Source of the DNA: Armatimonadota bacterium | Lineage (GTDB): Bacteria; Armatimonadota; UBA10988 | Reading direction: 5' to 3' | Length of the DNA: 25,229 bases | NCBI GenBank assembly: GCA_016235455.1 | Contig: JACRKZ010000147.1 | Coordinates: forward strand, 1-25,229 | In this document: in pieces, positions 9,888 through 17,870 of the stretch | How the letters are laid out: each line of letters starts with the position of its first letter | Numbering within the stretch: the first letter of the stretch is position 1 | Translations under genes and position numbers: made by a program | The notes under the pieces: generated by a model | Told to the model about the DNA's origin: nothing | What the model saw: the letters and a program-made list of their open reading frames with translations, nothing else | The model's database searches: none

Positions 9888-10883
9888 TCACTTGGCGGGC
9901 GCCTCGGCCGGCGGGGCCGGCACGAGCCAGACATTGCGGAAAAAGACGGGCGAGCCGTGGTTCTGCAGGTACAGCGGCAACGGTTGCGGTCCCTCGACCT
10001 GACCGGAGCCGGTCTTGCCGGGCACCTCGATGTTGTCGTGGATGAGGATGCCGTTGAGCCGGACCGTGAGGCGCGCCGGGGCGGTCTTGGTGCCGGCGGC
10101 GTCGAAGCGCGGTGCCGCAAAGTCGATGTCGTAGGTCTGCCAGCAGAGCGGCGGCAGGCAGGCATTGACCGCCGCTGGCACCGACCGGTAGAGCTCGCCG
10201 CAGGTGTCGCCGCTGCGCGGTTTGGCCGTCAGGTTGCCGAACGAGTCGCACACCTGCAGCTCATAGCGTCGCTGCAGGTAGACGCCGGAATTGACCCGGC
10301 CCTGGCCGCGGCCGGTGGGGTTGAACGGCAGCCAGAACTCGACGTGCAGACGGAAGTTCTGCCAGGCGTCGCGGGTGGTGGGTCCGCTGAGCGCCAGCAG
10401 CCGCTTCTGGTCGTCCATGCGGGCGGTCGAGAAGGCTTTGGTGTCCGTGCCGTCAAACAGCACCACGGCGCCCTCGGGCGGCTTGGCGCCGAGGGTCGGG
10501 CTGACGCGCGTGACCTTGGCCAATCCAAAGGCGACGCCTTTGTCGGTCTTGCCGCTGAGCCGGCCCGCGGTCCACTGCGCGGTCCACGCGCCGTCGCGGC
10601 CGAACGTGGCCGTCTCGCCGGTCAGCGTGCCGTCGATGCCCACAGGCGTGGAGGCATCCCAGCCGTCGCCGGGCAGCCCGCCGGTCAGGAACCAGGCGCG
10701 GAACGTGCCCTTGCCCTGGGCGAGGATCTGGCAGCCGAGCGCCTTGTTGCCCGGCAGTGTGCCCCGATACTCGCCCTGCACCTGATAGTCTGGCCCGGCC
10801 TGCGCAGGGTCGTTGATCACCTGCGCGGCAAGCGGCAAGACCAGCACGGCGAGGAGTGCTCCAGCCCTTATCGCAAACGTCAT
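9888..10883 (-). CDS. DUF1080 (3-keto-disaccharide hydrolase family) secreted protein, paralog
   Basis: Start placed at ATG 10883 (MTFAIRAG, signal peptide) behind GGAGG. Motifs VLFDG, LHVEF, NSGVYL..RYELQV.DS, WQTYDIDF, LQNHGSPV.FRNVW. Confidence 0.9.
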   Translation of the reverse strand: MTFAIRAGALLAVLVLPLAAQVINDPAQAGPDYQVQGEYRGTLPGNKALGCQILAQGKGTFRAWFLTGGLPGDGWDASTPVGIDGTLTGETATFGRDGAWTAQWTAGRLSGKTDKGVAFGLAKVTRVSPTLGAKPPEGAVVLFDGTDTKAFSTARMDDQKRLLALSGPTTRDAWQNFRLHVEFWLPFNPTGRGQGRVNSGVYLQRRYELQVCDSFGNLTAKPRSGDTCGELYRSVPAAVNACLPPLCWQTYDIDFAAPRFDAAGTKTAPARLTVRLNGILIHDNIEVPGKTGSGQVEGPQPLPLYLQNHGSPVFFRNVWLVPAPPAEAPAK

Positions 10884-10946
10884 CGCAGCCTCCCAGAAGA
10901 GCGACGTTCGCCGTCGCCCGAGCGTTCCCTTCCGAGCCGGCCCGCC

Positions 10947-10976
10947 TTGACGAGCGGGCCTGGCCTGTGCTACGTT
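10947..10976 (+). promoter_or_regulatory. Putative sigma70 promoter of the anti-anti-sigma/anti-sigma/sigma operon
   Basis: TTGACG-N18-TACGTT with TG-n extension. The inverted repeat GGCCCGC/GCGGGCC brackets the -35 box. Confidence 0.5.
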
Positions 10977-11028
10977 AGGCTGAGCCGTTCCTCTATTTGG
11001 GACCTGCGCGGGGAGCTTGGGTACAACG

Positions 11029-11400
11029 ATGTCCGAAAGCACGCAGCCGCTAGTCGTGGAAGTGGGCGAGGTGGCCGGTTACCCCTGTCTGCGCCCCGTG
11101 GGCGAGGTCGATATCGCCTCGGTACCGGTCCTGCAAGAGGCGCTCGGCCGCCAGTTGGACGCGGGCCTTAAGCGGCTGGTGATGGACCTGCAGGCGCTCA
11201 CCTACCTCGACAGCACCGGTCTGGGCTGCATCACCGCCGCCCGGCGCCGCGCTCGCGAAGCCGGCGGCGACCTGATCCTCATTTGCACCAACGCGCGCAT
11301 CCTGCGGCTGCTGGCGATCACTGGGCTGGACCACGTGTTTGTCGTCTGCCGCAACCGTGACGAGGCGGCCAAGGCGCTGGGCGAGAGCGGGACATCATGA
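11029..11400 (+). CDS. rsbV: Anti-sigma factor antagonist (STAS domain, RsbV/SpoIIAA-like)
   Basis: GEVDIAS.P.L, LVMDL..LTYLDSTGLG (phospho-acceptor Ser) and RLLAITGLD motifs. Confidence 0.9.
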   Translation: MSESTQPLVVEVGEVAGYPCLRPVGEVDIASVPVLQEALGRQLDAGLKRLVMDLQALTYLDSTGLGCITAARRRAREAGGDLILICTNARILRLLAITGLDHVFVVCRNRDEAAKALGESGTS

Positions 11401-11780
11401 ACGCGAGTGTCGAGAACGGCGATGGCTTGCGCCTGAGCCTACCGGCGCGGCCTGAGTTTGTGGGCGTGGCGCGGCTGACCCTGTCCGGCCTGGCGGCGCG
11501 ACTGGGTTTCGATGTCGACGCCACCGAAGACATCAAGCTGGCCGTGGCCGAGGCGCTGAACCTGCTGTTGCGCCCGGCGGAGGCCGCGGCGCAGATCGAG
11601 CTCAGCGCCACCTGGGACGAGGCCGGCCTGGACATCGTGCTGGGCCGCGCCGAGGCGGGTCTGCCCGCGGACGACGACGCCCAGATCGCCCAGATGGTCA
11701 TGGCCGAGTTCATGGACGACGCCCAGTTGGCCAACGAGGCCCCTCAGGTTCGGCTGCGCAAGCGCCGGGCCGGCCACTGA
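11397..11780 (+). CDS. rsbW: RsbW/SpoIIAB-like anti-sigma factor with degenerate ATP-binding motifs
   Basis: LSLPARPEFVGVARL...GF....EDIKLAVAEA and MDD are RsbW-like. It lies between the STAS and sigma genes and overlaps the STAS gene by ATGA. Confidence 0.8.
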   Translation: MNASVENGDGLRLSLPARPEFVGVARLTLSGLAARLGFDVDATEDIKLAVAEALNLLLRPAEAAAQIELSATWDEAGLDIVLGRAEAGLPADDDAQIAQMVMAEFMDDAQLANEAPQVRLRKRRAGH

Positions 11781-11797
11781 AGCGAAGGTTGCGGCTC

Positions 11798-12586
11798 GTG
11801 AGTGTGCACGACCAGCCCGACGACGGAGCCACACCCGTCCCCATCGCCGCCGAGGATCCGCTGACCCAGCGGTTCCGGGCGATGCGGGCGGCGACGGATC
11901 CGGTCGTCGCCCGCGGCATCCGCGATGCGCTCATCTCGATGCACCTGCCGCTGGTGCGCGCGCTGGCGCGCCGCTTCGCCAACCGCGGCGAGCCGGTCGA
12001 GGACCTGATCAGCACCGGTACCTTGGCGCTGATCAATGCGGTCGACCGCTTCGACCCGGCCAAGGGCACCAAGTTCTCCACCTTTGCCACGCCGACCGTC
12101 ATCGGCGAACTGCGTCGCTACTTCCGCGACAAGTCGTGGGCCATGAAGGTGCCGCGCCGCATGCAGGAGCTCAACCGCGCCGCCAACACCGCGCGCGACC
12201 TGCTGACCCAGCGCCTGGGCCGCACGCCGAGCTACGCCGAGATCGCCAGCGAACTGAGCGTGGGCGAGGACGAGGTCATCGAGGCTGTGGAAAGCGGCCG
12301 CGGCTACGATCTGGTCAGCTTTGAGTCGCTCGGACCGGGCGACGATGGCGCGCACGAGGGCCCCGGCGAAGAGGATGAGGGGCTGGCCAACATCGTGCGC
12401 CGCGTGGAAATGGACCAGGCCATGCACGCCATCCTCGACATTCGCGAGCGGCGCATCATCGAGCTGTACTACTTCGAGGACAAGTCGCAGACTGAGATCG
12501 CGCTGAGCGAGCAGATCAGCCAGATGCATGTGTCCCGATTGCTGAGCCGCGCCAAGGCCAAGCTGCGGCGCTACCTGCAGGGGTGA
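11798..12586 (+). CDS. SigB/SigF/SigG-family alternative RNA polymerase sigma factor
   Basis: LARRFANRGEPVEDL, AVDRFDP.KG.KFSTFATPT.IGELRRYFRDK.W..KVPRR, and SQMHVSRLL in region 4. Start is GTG 11798 or TTG 11789. Confidence 0.93.
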   Translation: MSVHDQPDDGATPVPIAAEDPLTQRFRAMRAATDPVVARGIRDALISMHLPLVRALARRFANRGEPVEDLISTGTLALINAVDRFDPAKGTKFSTFATPTVIGELRRYFRDKSWAMKVPRRMQELNRAANTARDLLTQRLGRTPSYAEIASELSVGEDEVIEAVESGRGYDLVSFESLGPGDDGAHEGPGEEDEGLANIVRRVEMDQAMHAILDIRERRIIELYYFEDKSQTEIALSEQISQMHVSRLLSRAKAKLRRYLQG

Positions 12587-12590
12587 TGTC

Positions 12591-13970
12591 ATGAGCCTGT
12601 CGACCGCCATCCTGGTGCTCGCCTTTCTGTTTGTTGTGTCGGCCTTCGCCTACACACAGCCGAGCACCGAACGGCGCCAGCTGACCCTCAAGACCGGGCT
12701 GGGTATCCTGTTGGTCTGCGGCTTGTTGGGCTACTTCCGCGCCCTGCTCGTGCCGTTCCTGCTGCCGCTACTGATCGCCTATCTCATGGACCCGGTCATG
12801 GACTGGTTCGAGGCCAAAGGCTACCAGCGCTGGGTCGGCATGGTGTTGGTCTACCTTGGCGTGGTGGCGGTGGGGCTGCTAATCCTGCTCATCCTGGTGC
12901 CGCCGGTGGTCAGCCAGATCGCCGACATCGCCAAGCAGTTGGCCACGGTCGACTGGGGCGAGATGCTGTCCGTGGTCAATATCCAGGACAAGCTGACCTG
13001 GGTCGTGCAGCATCTGCCCGGCGCCATCGACTCGCCGTACAAGGTGCGGCTGACGCAGAACGTGGCGCAGTTGGCCCAGCAGTGGCAGGAGCAGTTGAGG
13101 CAGGCCATGCCCTACATCCAGCAGGCCGTGACCTGGCTGGGTGAGCAGGCCGGCAGCCTGGTCAAATGGGCGCTGTCCACGGTTTCCGGCATGGTCTGGT
13201 TGCTGCTGCTGCCCATCACGCTGTGGTACTGGCTGGCCGACTTCGACAAGCTGCGCCGGCGCCTGTGGTACATCGTGCCGCCCGAGAGGCGCCAGACCGT
13301 TGGCGCGCTGGCCACGGCCTCGAACAAGGCCATCGGCGGGTACATTCGTGGGTATGCGTTGCTGTGCATCATGGTCGGCGTTGTGCAGACGACGATCCTG
13401 CTCATCCTGCAGAGCATCTTCGGCTTCAAGTACGGGCTGGTCATCGGCGTTGTCGCCGGCTGCACCTACTTCATTCCGTACATCGGCAGCATGTCGTCCG
13501 TGTTCCTGGGGACGGCGGCCATCTACCTGACCGGTGGGTTCGACCTGAGCCACACCCTCATTGGCTGGTTCTTCCTGCAAGTCTCCAACACAGTCTTCGA
13601 CAACGTCATCAACCCCAAGATCATCGGTGAGAGCACCGGTCTGCACCCGATGCTGATCATGTTCGCACTGCTGGCCGGCGGGCAGATGCTGGGCCTGGCC
13701 GGCGTGGTGCTGGCCACGCCCGTGCTGCTGTGCATCAAGATCGTGCTTGAGTTCTATTTCCCCCGGCTCGCCGAGCCCATACCCGACGAAGAGAACCCCG
13801 ACATCATCTACCTGGCCAACGCCGTCGCGGACGCGGCGGGCGACCTGGAAACGGCAACCGACGCGCTGAACACGGCGACCGAGGCGACTGCCGACCCAGC
13901 CGCAGCCGACTTAGCGACCGAGCCAGGCAGCGCGACAGAGTCGGAGCGAAAGGATACTGACAACCCATGA
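12591..13970 (+). CDS. AI-2E family transporter (PerM/YrrI-like)
   Basis: PLLIAYLMDP, GYIRG, FIPYIGS, NVINPKIIG..TGLHP and G..LATP motifs; acidic C-terminal tail. Confidence 0.9.
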   Translation: MSLSTAILVLAFLFVVSAFAYTQPSTERRQLTLKTGLGILLVCGLLGYFRALLVPFLLPLLIAYLMDPVMDWFEAKGYQRWVGMVLVYLGVVAVGLLILLILVPPVVSQIADIAKQLATVDWGEMLSVVNIQDKLTWVVQHLPGAIDSPYKVRLTQNVAQLAQQWQEQLRQAMPYIQQAVTWLGEQAGSLVKWALSTVSGMVWLLLLPITLWYWLADFDKLRRRLWYIVPPERRQTVGALATASNKAIGGYIRGYALLCIMVGVVQTTILLILQSIFGFKYGLVIGVVAGCTYFIPYIGSMSSVFLGTAAIYLTGGFDLSHTLIGWFFLQVSNTVFDNVINPKIIGESTGLHPMLIMFALLAGGQMLGLAGVVLATPVLLCIKIVLEFYFPRLAEPIPDEENPDIIYLANAVADAAGDLETATDALNTATEATADPAAADLATEPGSATESERKDTDNP

Positions 13971-16663
13971 CCGGCGATCTCATTCGCGCGCGATTCCTGG
14001 AGTTCTTCCAGGGCCATGACCACCTCGTGCTGCCCAGCGCCAAGCTGCGGCCGGACGACCCGACGACGCACTTCACGACCGCCGGTATGCAGCCGTTCGT
14101 GCCCTATTTCCTGGGCAACGAGCAGCCACCCCAACGCCGCATCGCCACCTGCCAGAAGTGCCTCCGCTCGGACGATCTGGACGAGGTCGGCTACACCGCG
14201 CGGCACCTCTCGTTTTTCGAGATGCTGGGCAACTTCAGCTTCGGCGACTACTTCAAGAAGGAAGCCATCGCCTGGGGCTGGGAGTTTGTGCTGCAGGGCC
14301 TGGAACTCGACCCCGAGTTGCTGTGGGTCAGCGTCTATGAGAACGACGACGACGCGGCGGCCATCTGGCGCGACTACGTCGGCGTCAAGCCCGAGCGCAT
14401 CGTGCGTTTCGGCATGGCCGACAACTGGTGGGGTCCGGTCGGCAACAGCGGCCCGTGCGGTCCCTGCTCGGAGATCTTCCTCGACCGCGGACCCGCTTGG
14501 GGCGATGCGACCGATCCCACCCAGGACGAAGGTGGCGATCGCTACGTCGAGCTGTGGAACCTGGTCTTCCAGCAGTACAACGCCACCTGCTCCAAGAAGG
14601 AGTTGATGGCCACGCGGCAGGTGCCCGATCCGCTGCCCGCGCCGGGCATCGACACCGGTGCCGGCCTGGAGCGCATCGCCGCGGCCATGCAGGGCGTCAG
14701 CACCGTGTTCGAGACCGACCTCATGCGCCCGCTGTGCGATGCCGTCATCGAGCGCGCTCGCGTCGGCGGCACCACGGTCGTGTACGGCGCCGACAAGGAG
14801 ACCACGGCGGCGGTCAATCGCATCAGCGATCACATCCGCGCGTTGACCTTCGCCATCACCGACGGCATCTTCCCGTCCAACAAGGCCGGCGGCTACGTGT
14901 TGCGCCAGATCCTGCGCCGCGCGGCACGTTTCGGCCGCATGCGCCTGGGCCTGGCCCAGCCGTTCCTGCACGAGTTGGTGCCGGCGGTCGTGGCGCGCTA
15001 CAGCGAGCTCTACCCCGAGCTGGTCTCGGGTCAGGCGACGGTCGTCGCCCAGGTCAAGGCCGAGGAGGAACGCTTCTCCGAGACGCTGAACCAGGGCATC
15101 CCGCGGCTCGAGGACGAGCTGTCCGGCTGTGGCGGCAGCCTGTCGGGCGAGCGTGCCTTCTTCCTCTATGAGACCTACGGCGTGCCCATCGAGGTGCAGG
15201 TCGAAGTGGCCACCGAGCAGTCGGTGACGGTCGATGTGGCCTCGTTCGAGCACATCCGCACCAGCCGCGAGCGCTCGGCCATCGCCGTCGGCTTCACCGG
15301 CCACGGGGATTTCGGCGACGACCTGCTGGCCGACGTGCCGCCGACGACCTTTGTGGGTTACGGCGAGACCAGCAGCCAGGCCAAGGTGCTGTCGGTGCTG
15401 GTCGATGCCAAGCTGGACGAGACGCGCGGTCTGATCACCGAGGCCGAGTCCTGCGACACGGCCGTCGGTGGCGGGCTGACCATCATCCTGGACCGGTCGC
15501 CCTTCTACGGCGAATCCGGCGGTCAGGTCGGTGATACCGGCCGCTTGACCGCGGACGGCGTGGTGGTGGAGATCAGCGACACGCGCCGGGACAAGAACGG
15601 CCGCTGGCTGCACCTCGGCCGCGTGGCCGAAGGCGCGCTCCGGGTCGGCACCACGGTCACCGCCAGCGTCGACATAGCGCGGCGCGACGCCATCCGCCGC
15701 GCACACACCGCCACGCACCTGCTGCACGCGGCCTTGCGGCGCCGGCTGGGCGAGCATGTGGCGCAGGCCGGCTCGCTGGTCGAGCCCGACCGGCTGCGCT
15801 TCGACTTCAGCCACTTCAGCGGCCTGAGCGCGGACGATCTGGCCGCGGTGGAGGCCGAGACCAACGAGCGCATCCTGGCCAACCACCCGCTGCGTATCGA
15901 GGAGCACAGCATCGAGGAAGCTCGCCGGCTGGGCGCGCTGATGTTCTTCGGCGAGAAGTACGGCAAGAGCGTGCGCGTGGTCAACGTCGGTGCTGAGTTC
16001 GGCATGGGCCTGAGCACCGAGCTGTGCGGCGGCACCCACGCCGCGGCGACGGGCAACATCGGCTCGGTGCGCATCGTCAGCGAGGCCAGCGTCGGCAGCG
16101 GCATCCGCCGCGTCGAGGCGCTGACCGGGCTGGCCGCGCTGGACTATGGCCGTTCGTCCGAGTCGCGGCTGCGCGAGGTGGCGGCGACGCTCAAGGCGCC
16201 CGTGGCCGAAGTGAGCGACAAGCTCGACGCCCTGCAGGCGCGGCTGCGCGAGGCCGAGCGCCAGTTGGCGGCGGCCCAGGCCGCCTCAGCCTCGGGCCAG
16301 GTGGACGACCTGCTGGCTGGTCGGCGCGACATCGCCGGCGTGGCGGTGGTGGCGGCGGTGGTTGTCGCGGCCGATGCCGACAGCCTCAAGGCCCTGGCCG
16401 ACGACCTGTGCGACAAGCTGGGCGATGGCGTGGCGCTGCTCGGCGCGGCGCTGGGCGACAAGGTGCTCGTGGTGGCCAAGGCCAGCGACTCCGCCGTCGC
16501 GCGCGGCGCCCATGCGGGCAACAGTGTCAAGGCGGCGGCCCAGGTGGCCGGTGGCGGCGGCGGCGGCCGACCCGCCTTCGCTCAGGCTGGCGGCCGCGAT
16601 GTGGCCAAGCTCGATGAGGCCGTGGCCGCGGGTCTGGCGGCCCTCGAGGCGCAGTTGGGGTAG
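13967..16663 (+). CDS. alaS: Alanine--tRNA ligase
   Basis: FTTAGMQPF, FFEMLGNFSFGDYFK, GPCGPCSEI, IDTGAGLER, editing-site HTATH and ELCGGTH, C-terminal GGGGGRP.FAQAGG. Confidence 0.99.
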   Translation: MTGDLIRARFLEFFQGHDHLVLPSAKLRPDDPTTHFTTAGMQPFVPYFLGNEQPPQRRIATCQKCLRSDDLDEVGYTARHLSFFEMLGNFSFGDYFKKEAIAWGWEFVLQGLELDPELLWVSVYENDDDAAAIWRDYVGVKPERIVRFGMADNWWGPVGNSGPCGPCSEIFLDRGPAWGDATDPTQDEGGDRYVELWNLVFQQYNATCSKKELMATRQVPDPLPAPGIDTGAGLERIAAAMQGVSTVFETDLMRPLCDAVIERARVGGTTVVYGADKETTAAVNRISDHIRALTFAITDGIFPSNKAGGYVLRQILRRAARFGRMRLGLAQPFLHELVPAVVARYSELYPELVSGQATVVAQVKAEEERFSETLNQGIPRLEDELSGCGGSLSGERAFFLYETYGVPIEVQVEVATEQSVTVDVASFEHIRTSRERSAIAVGFTGHGDFGDDLLADVPPTTFVGYGETSSQAKVLSVLVDAKLDETRGLITEAESCDTAVGGGLTIILDRSPFYGESGGQVGDTGRLTADGVVVEISDTRRDKNGRWLHLGRVAEGALRVGTTVTASVDIARRDAIRRAHTATHLLHAALRRRLGEHVAQAGSLVEPDRLRFDFSHFSGLSADDLAAVEAETNERILANHPLRIEEHSIEEARRLGALMFFGEKYGKSVRVVNVGAEFGMGLSTELCGGTHAAATGNIGSVRIVSEASVGSGIRRVEALTGLAALDYGRSSESRLREVAATLKAPVAEVSDKLDALQARLREAERQLAAAQAASASGQVDDLLAGRRDIAGVAVVAAVVVAADADSLKALADDLCDKLGDGVALLGAALGDKVLVVAKASDSAVARGAHAGNSVKAAAQVAGGGGGGRPAFAQAGGRDVAKLDEAVAAGLAALEAQLG

Positions 16664-16670
16664 TGGCGCC

Positions 16671-16752
16671 GCGTGCGCGGCGTAGGGCGTAGGGCGTGGG
16701 GGAGAAGTATAGGCAGAGCCCCCACGCCCGACGCCGGACGCCTCACGCCCCG
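16671..16752. repeat. Imperfect hairpin built from GGCGTnn / nnACGCC heptamer repeats downstream of alaS (possible terminator or stabiliser)
   Basis: GGCGTAG-GGCGTAG-GGCGTGGGGG pairs with CCCCCACGCC-CGACGCC-GGACGCC. Confidence 0.6.
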
Positions 16753-16759
16753 TGTGCGC

Positions 16760-16800
16760 TTGACGCGCTGCCACGGCTTGACTACCATCGCTAGCGATGG
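16760..16800 (+). promoter_or_regulatory. Putative sigma70 promoter with a perfect 16-bp palindrome over the -10 box and start codon
   Basis: TTGACG(16760)-N17-TACCAT(16783-16788); CCATCGCTAGCGATGG at 16785-16800; ATG 16797 has no SD. Confidence 0.6.
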
Positions 16801-17870
16801 AACCAAGTCGTGCTTGCGAGGGGCTTTACGGACGCAAGTCGAATCCGGTGCTGACCGTGCCCATGGTCATTGCGCTGGTGGTGCTTCTGGCCGCCACGGG
16901 CTACTACATCATCGGCGGCCGCTACGGTCGCGATTGGTCGTACTTCGATTGCGTCTACATGGCGGTGATCAGCCTGACCAGCGTCGGCTACGGTGAGCTG
17001 CTGGACGGCTTCGCGACTCTACCCCATGCGCGCGCCTTCAATGTGCTCGTGCTCATTCTGGGCTATGGCGCCATGGTGTGGGCCTGCTCCACGGTGGTGG
17101 CCTCGGTGGTGGAGGGTCGGCTGGGCGAGCGGCTCCAGCGGAGGCGGATGATGGCGGGCATTGACGCGATGCGGGGGCATTACATACTGTGCGGCCTGGG
17201 CGAGACGGGCGCCACGGTGCTGCAGGAGTTGGTGCGCACCGGCCGGCAGGTGGTGGTCATCGACATCGACCAGGAGCGCCTCCGCCAGATCTGCGGCGGC
17301 GGACGCGTGCCGTTCGTCCTCGGCGATGCCGAGAGCGACGAGGTGCTGCGCCTGGCGGGCATCGAGCGCGCGGCCGGGCTGTTCGCCTGCCTGCCGGCCG
17401 ACAAGGACAACCTCTATCTGGTGCTTAGCGCGCGCCAGGCCAACCCACAGGCACGGCTCGTGGCGCGGGTCATCCAGCCGGTATCGCGCGACAAGCTGCT
17501 GCGCGCCGGCGCCGACGCGGTCGTCTCACCCACCGGAATCGGCGGCATGAGGCTGGCCTCGGAGATGGTACGGCCGATGGTTACCAGCTTCCTCGACGTG
17601 ATGCTGCGCGACCAGGACCGGGCCATCCGCATCGAAGAGGCCACCGTGCCCGGCGACTCGCCGTGGGTGGGGCAGACGCTCAGCCAGGCGGACTTCCACC
17701 GCCGCGCCGGCTTGCTGATCATCGCCGTTCAGGAGCCGGGCGCCGAGGGCTTCATCTACAACCCGGGGCCCGACCATATCCTGGCCGCCGGACAGACACT
17801 GGTCGTGCTCGGTGATGTGGCCCAGATCGGCGTGATGCACGAACTGATGGGCACTGGTGACCAGGCATGA
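16797..17870 (+). CDS. Potassium channel protein (2-TM pore plus RCK_N/RCK_C, TrkA-type)
   Basis: TSVGYGE selectivity filter between two TM helices; HYILCGLGETG Rossmann motif; GDA....L..AGI..A; C-terminal RCK_C. Confidence 0.93.
   Translation: MEPSRACEGLYGRKSNPVLTVPMVIALVVLLAATGYYIIGGRYGRDWSYFDCVYMAVISLTSVGYGELLDGFATLPHARAFNVLVLILGYGAMVWACSTVVASVVEGRLGERLQRRRMMAGIDAMRGHYILCGLGETGATVLQELVRTGRQVVVIDIDQERLRQICGGGRVPFVLGDAESDEVLRLAGIERAAGLFACLPADKDNLYLVLSARQANPQARLVARVIQPVSRDKLLRAGADAVVSPTGIGGMRLASEMVRPMVTSFLDVMLRDQDRAIRIEEATVPGDSPWVGQTLSQADFHRRAGLLIIAVQEPGAEGFIYNPGPDHILAAGQTLVVLGDVAQIGVMHELMGTGDQA

Noticed and set aside
10996-11024. SigB-type autoregulatory promoter (GGGTAC -10)
   Set aside because: No GTTT-like -35 at the proper spacing, and the hexamer is only 4 nt from the ATG.
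10884-11042. Long N-terminal extensions in the ORF track (starts 11042, 5191, 20474, 23716, 8810)
   Set aside because: They overlap divergent genes or promoters. Downstream ATGs have clear SD sequences and signal peptides or domain starts.
13808-16039. 743-aa minus-strand ORF
   Set aside because: Antisense shadow of alaS; no motifs.
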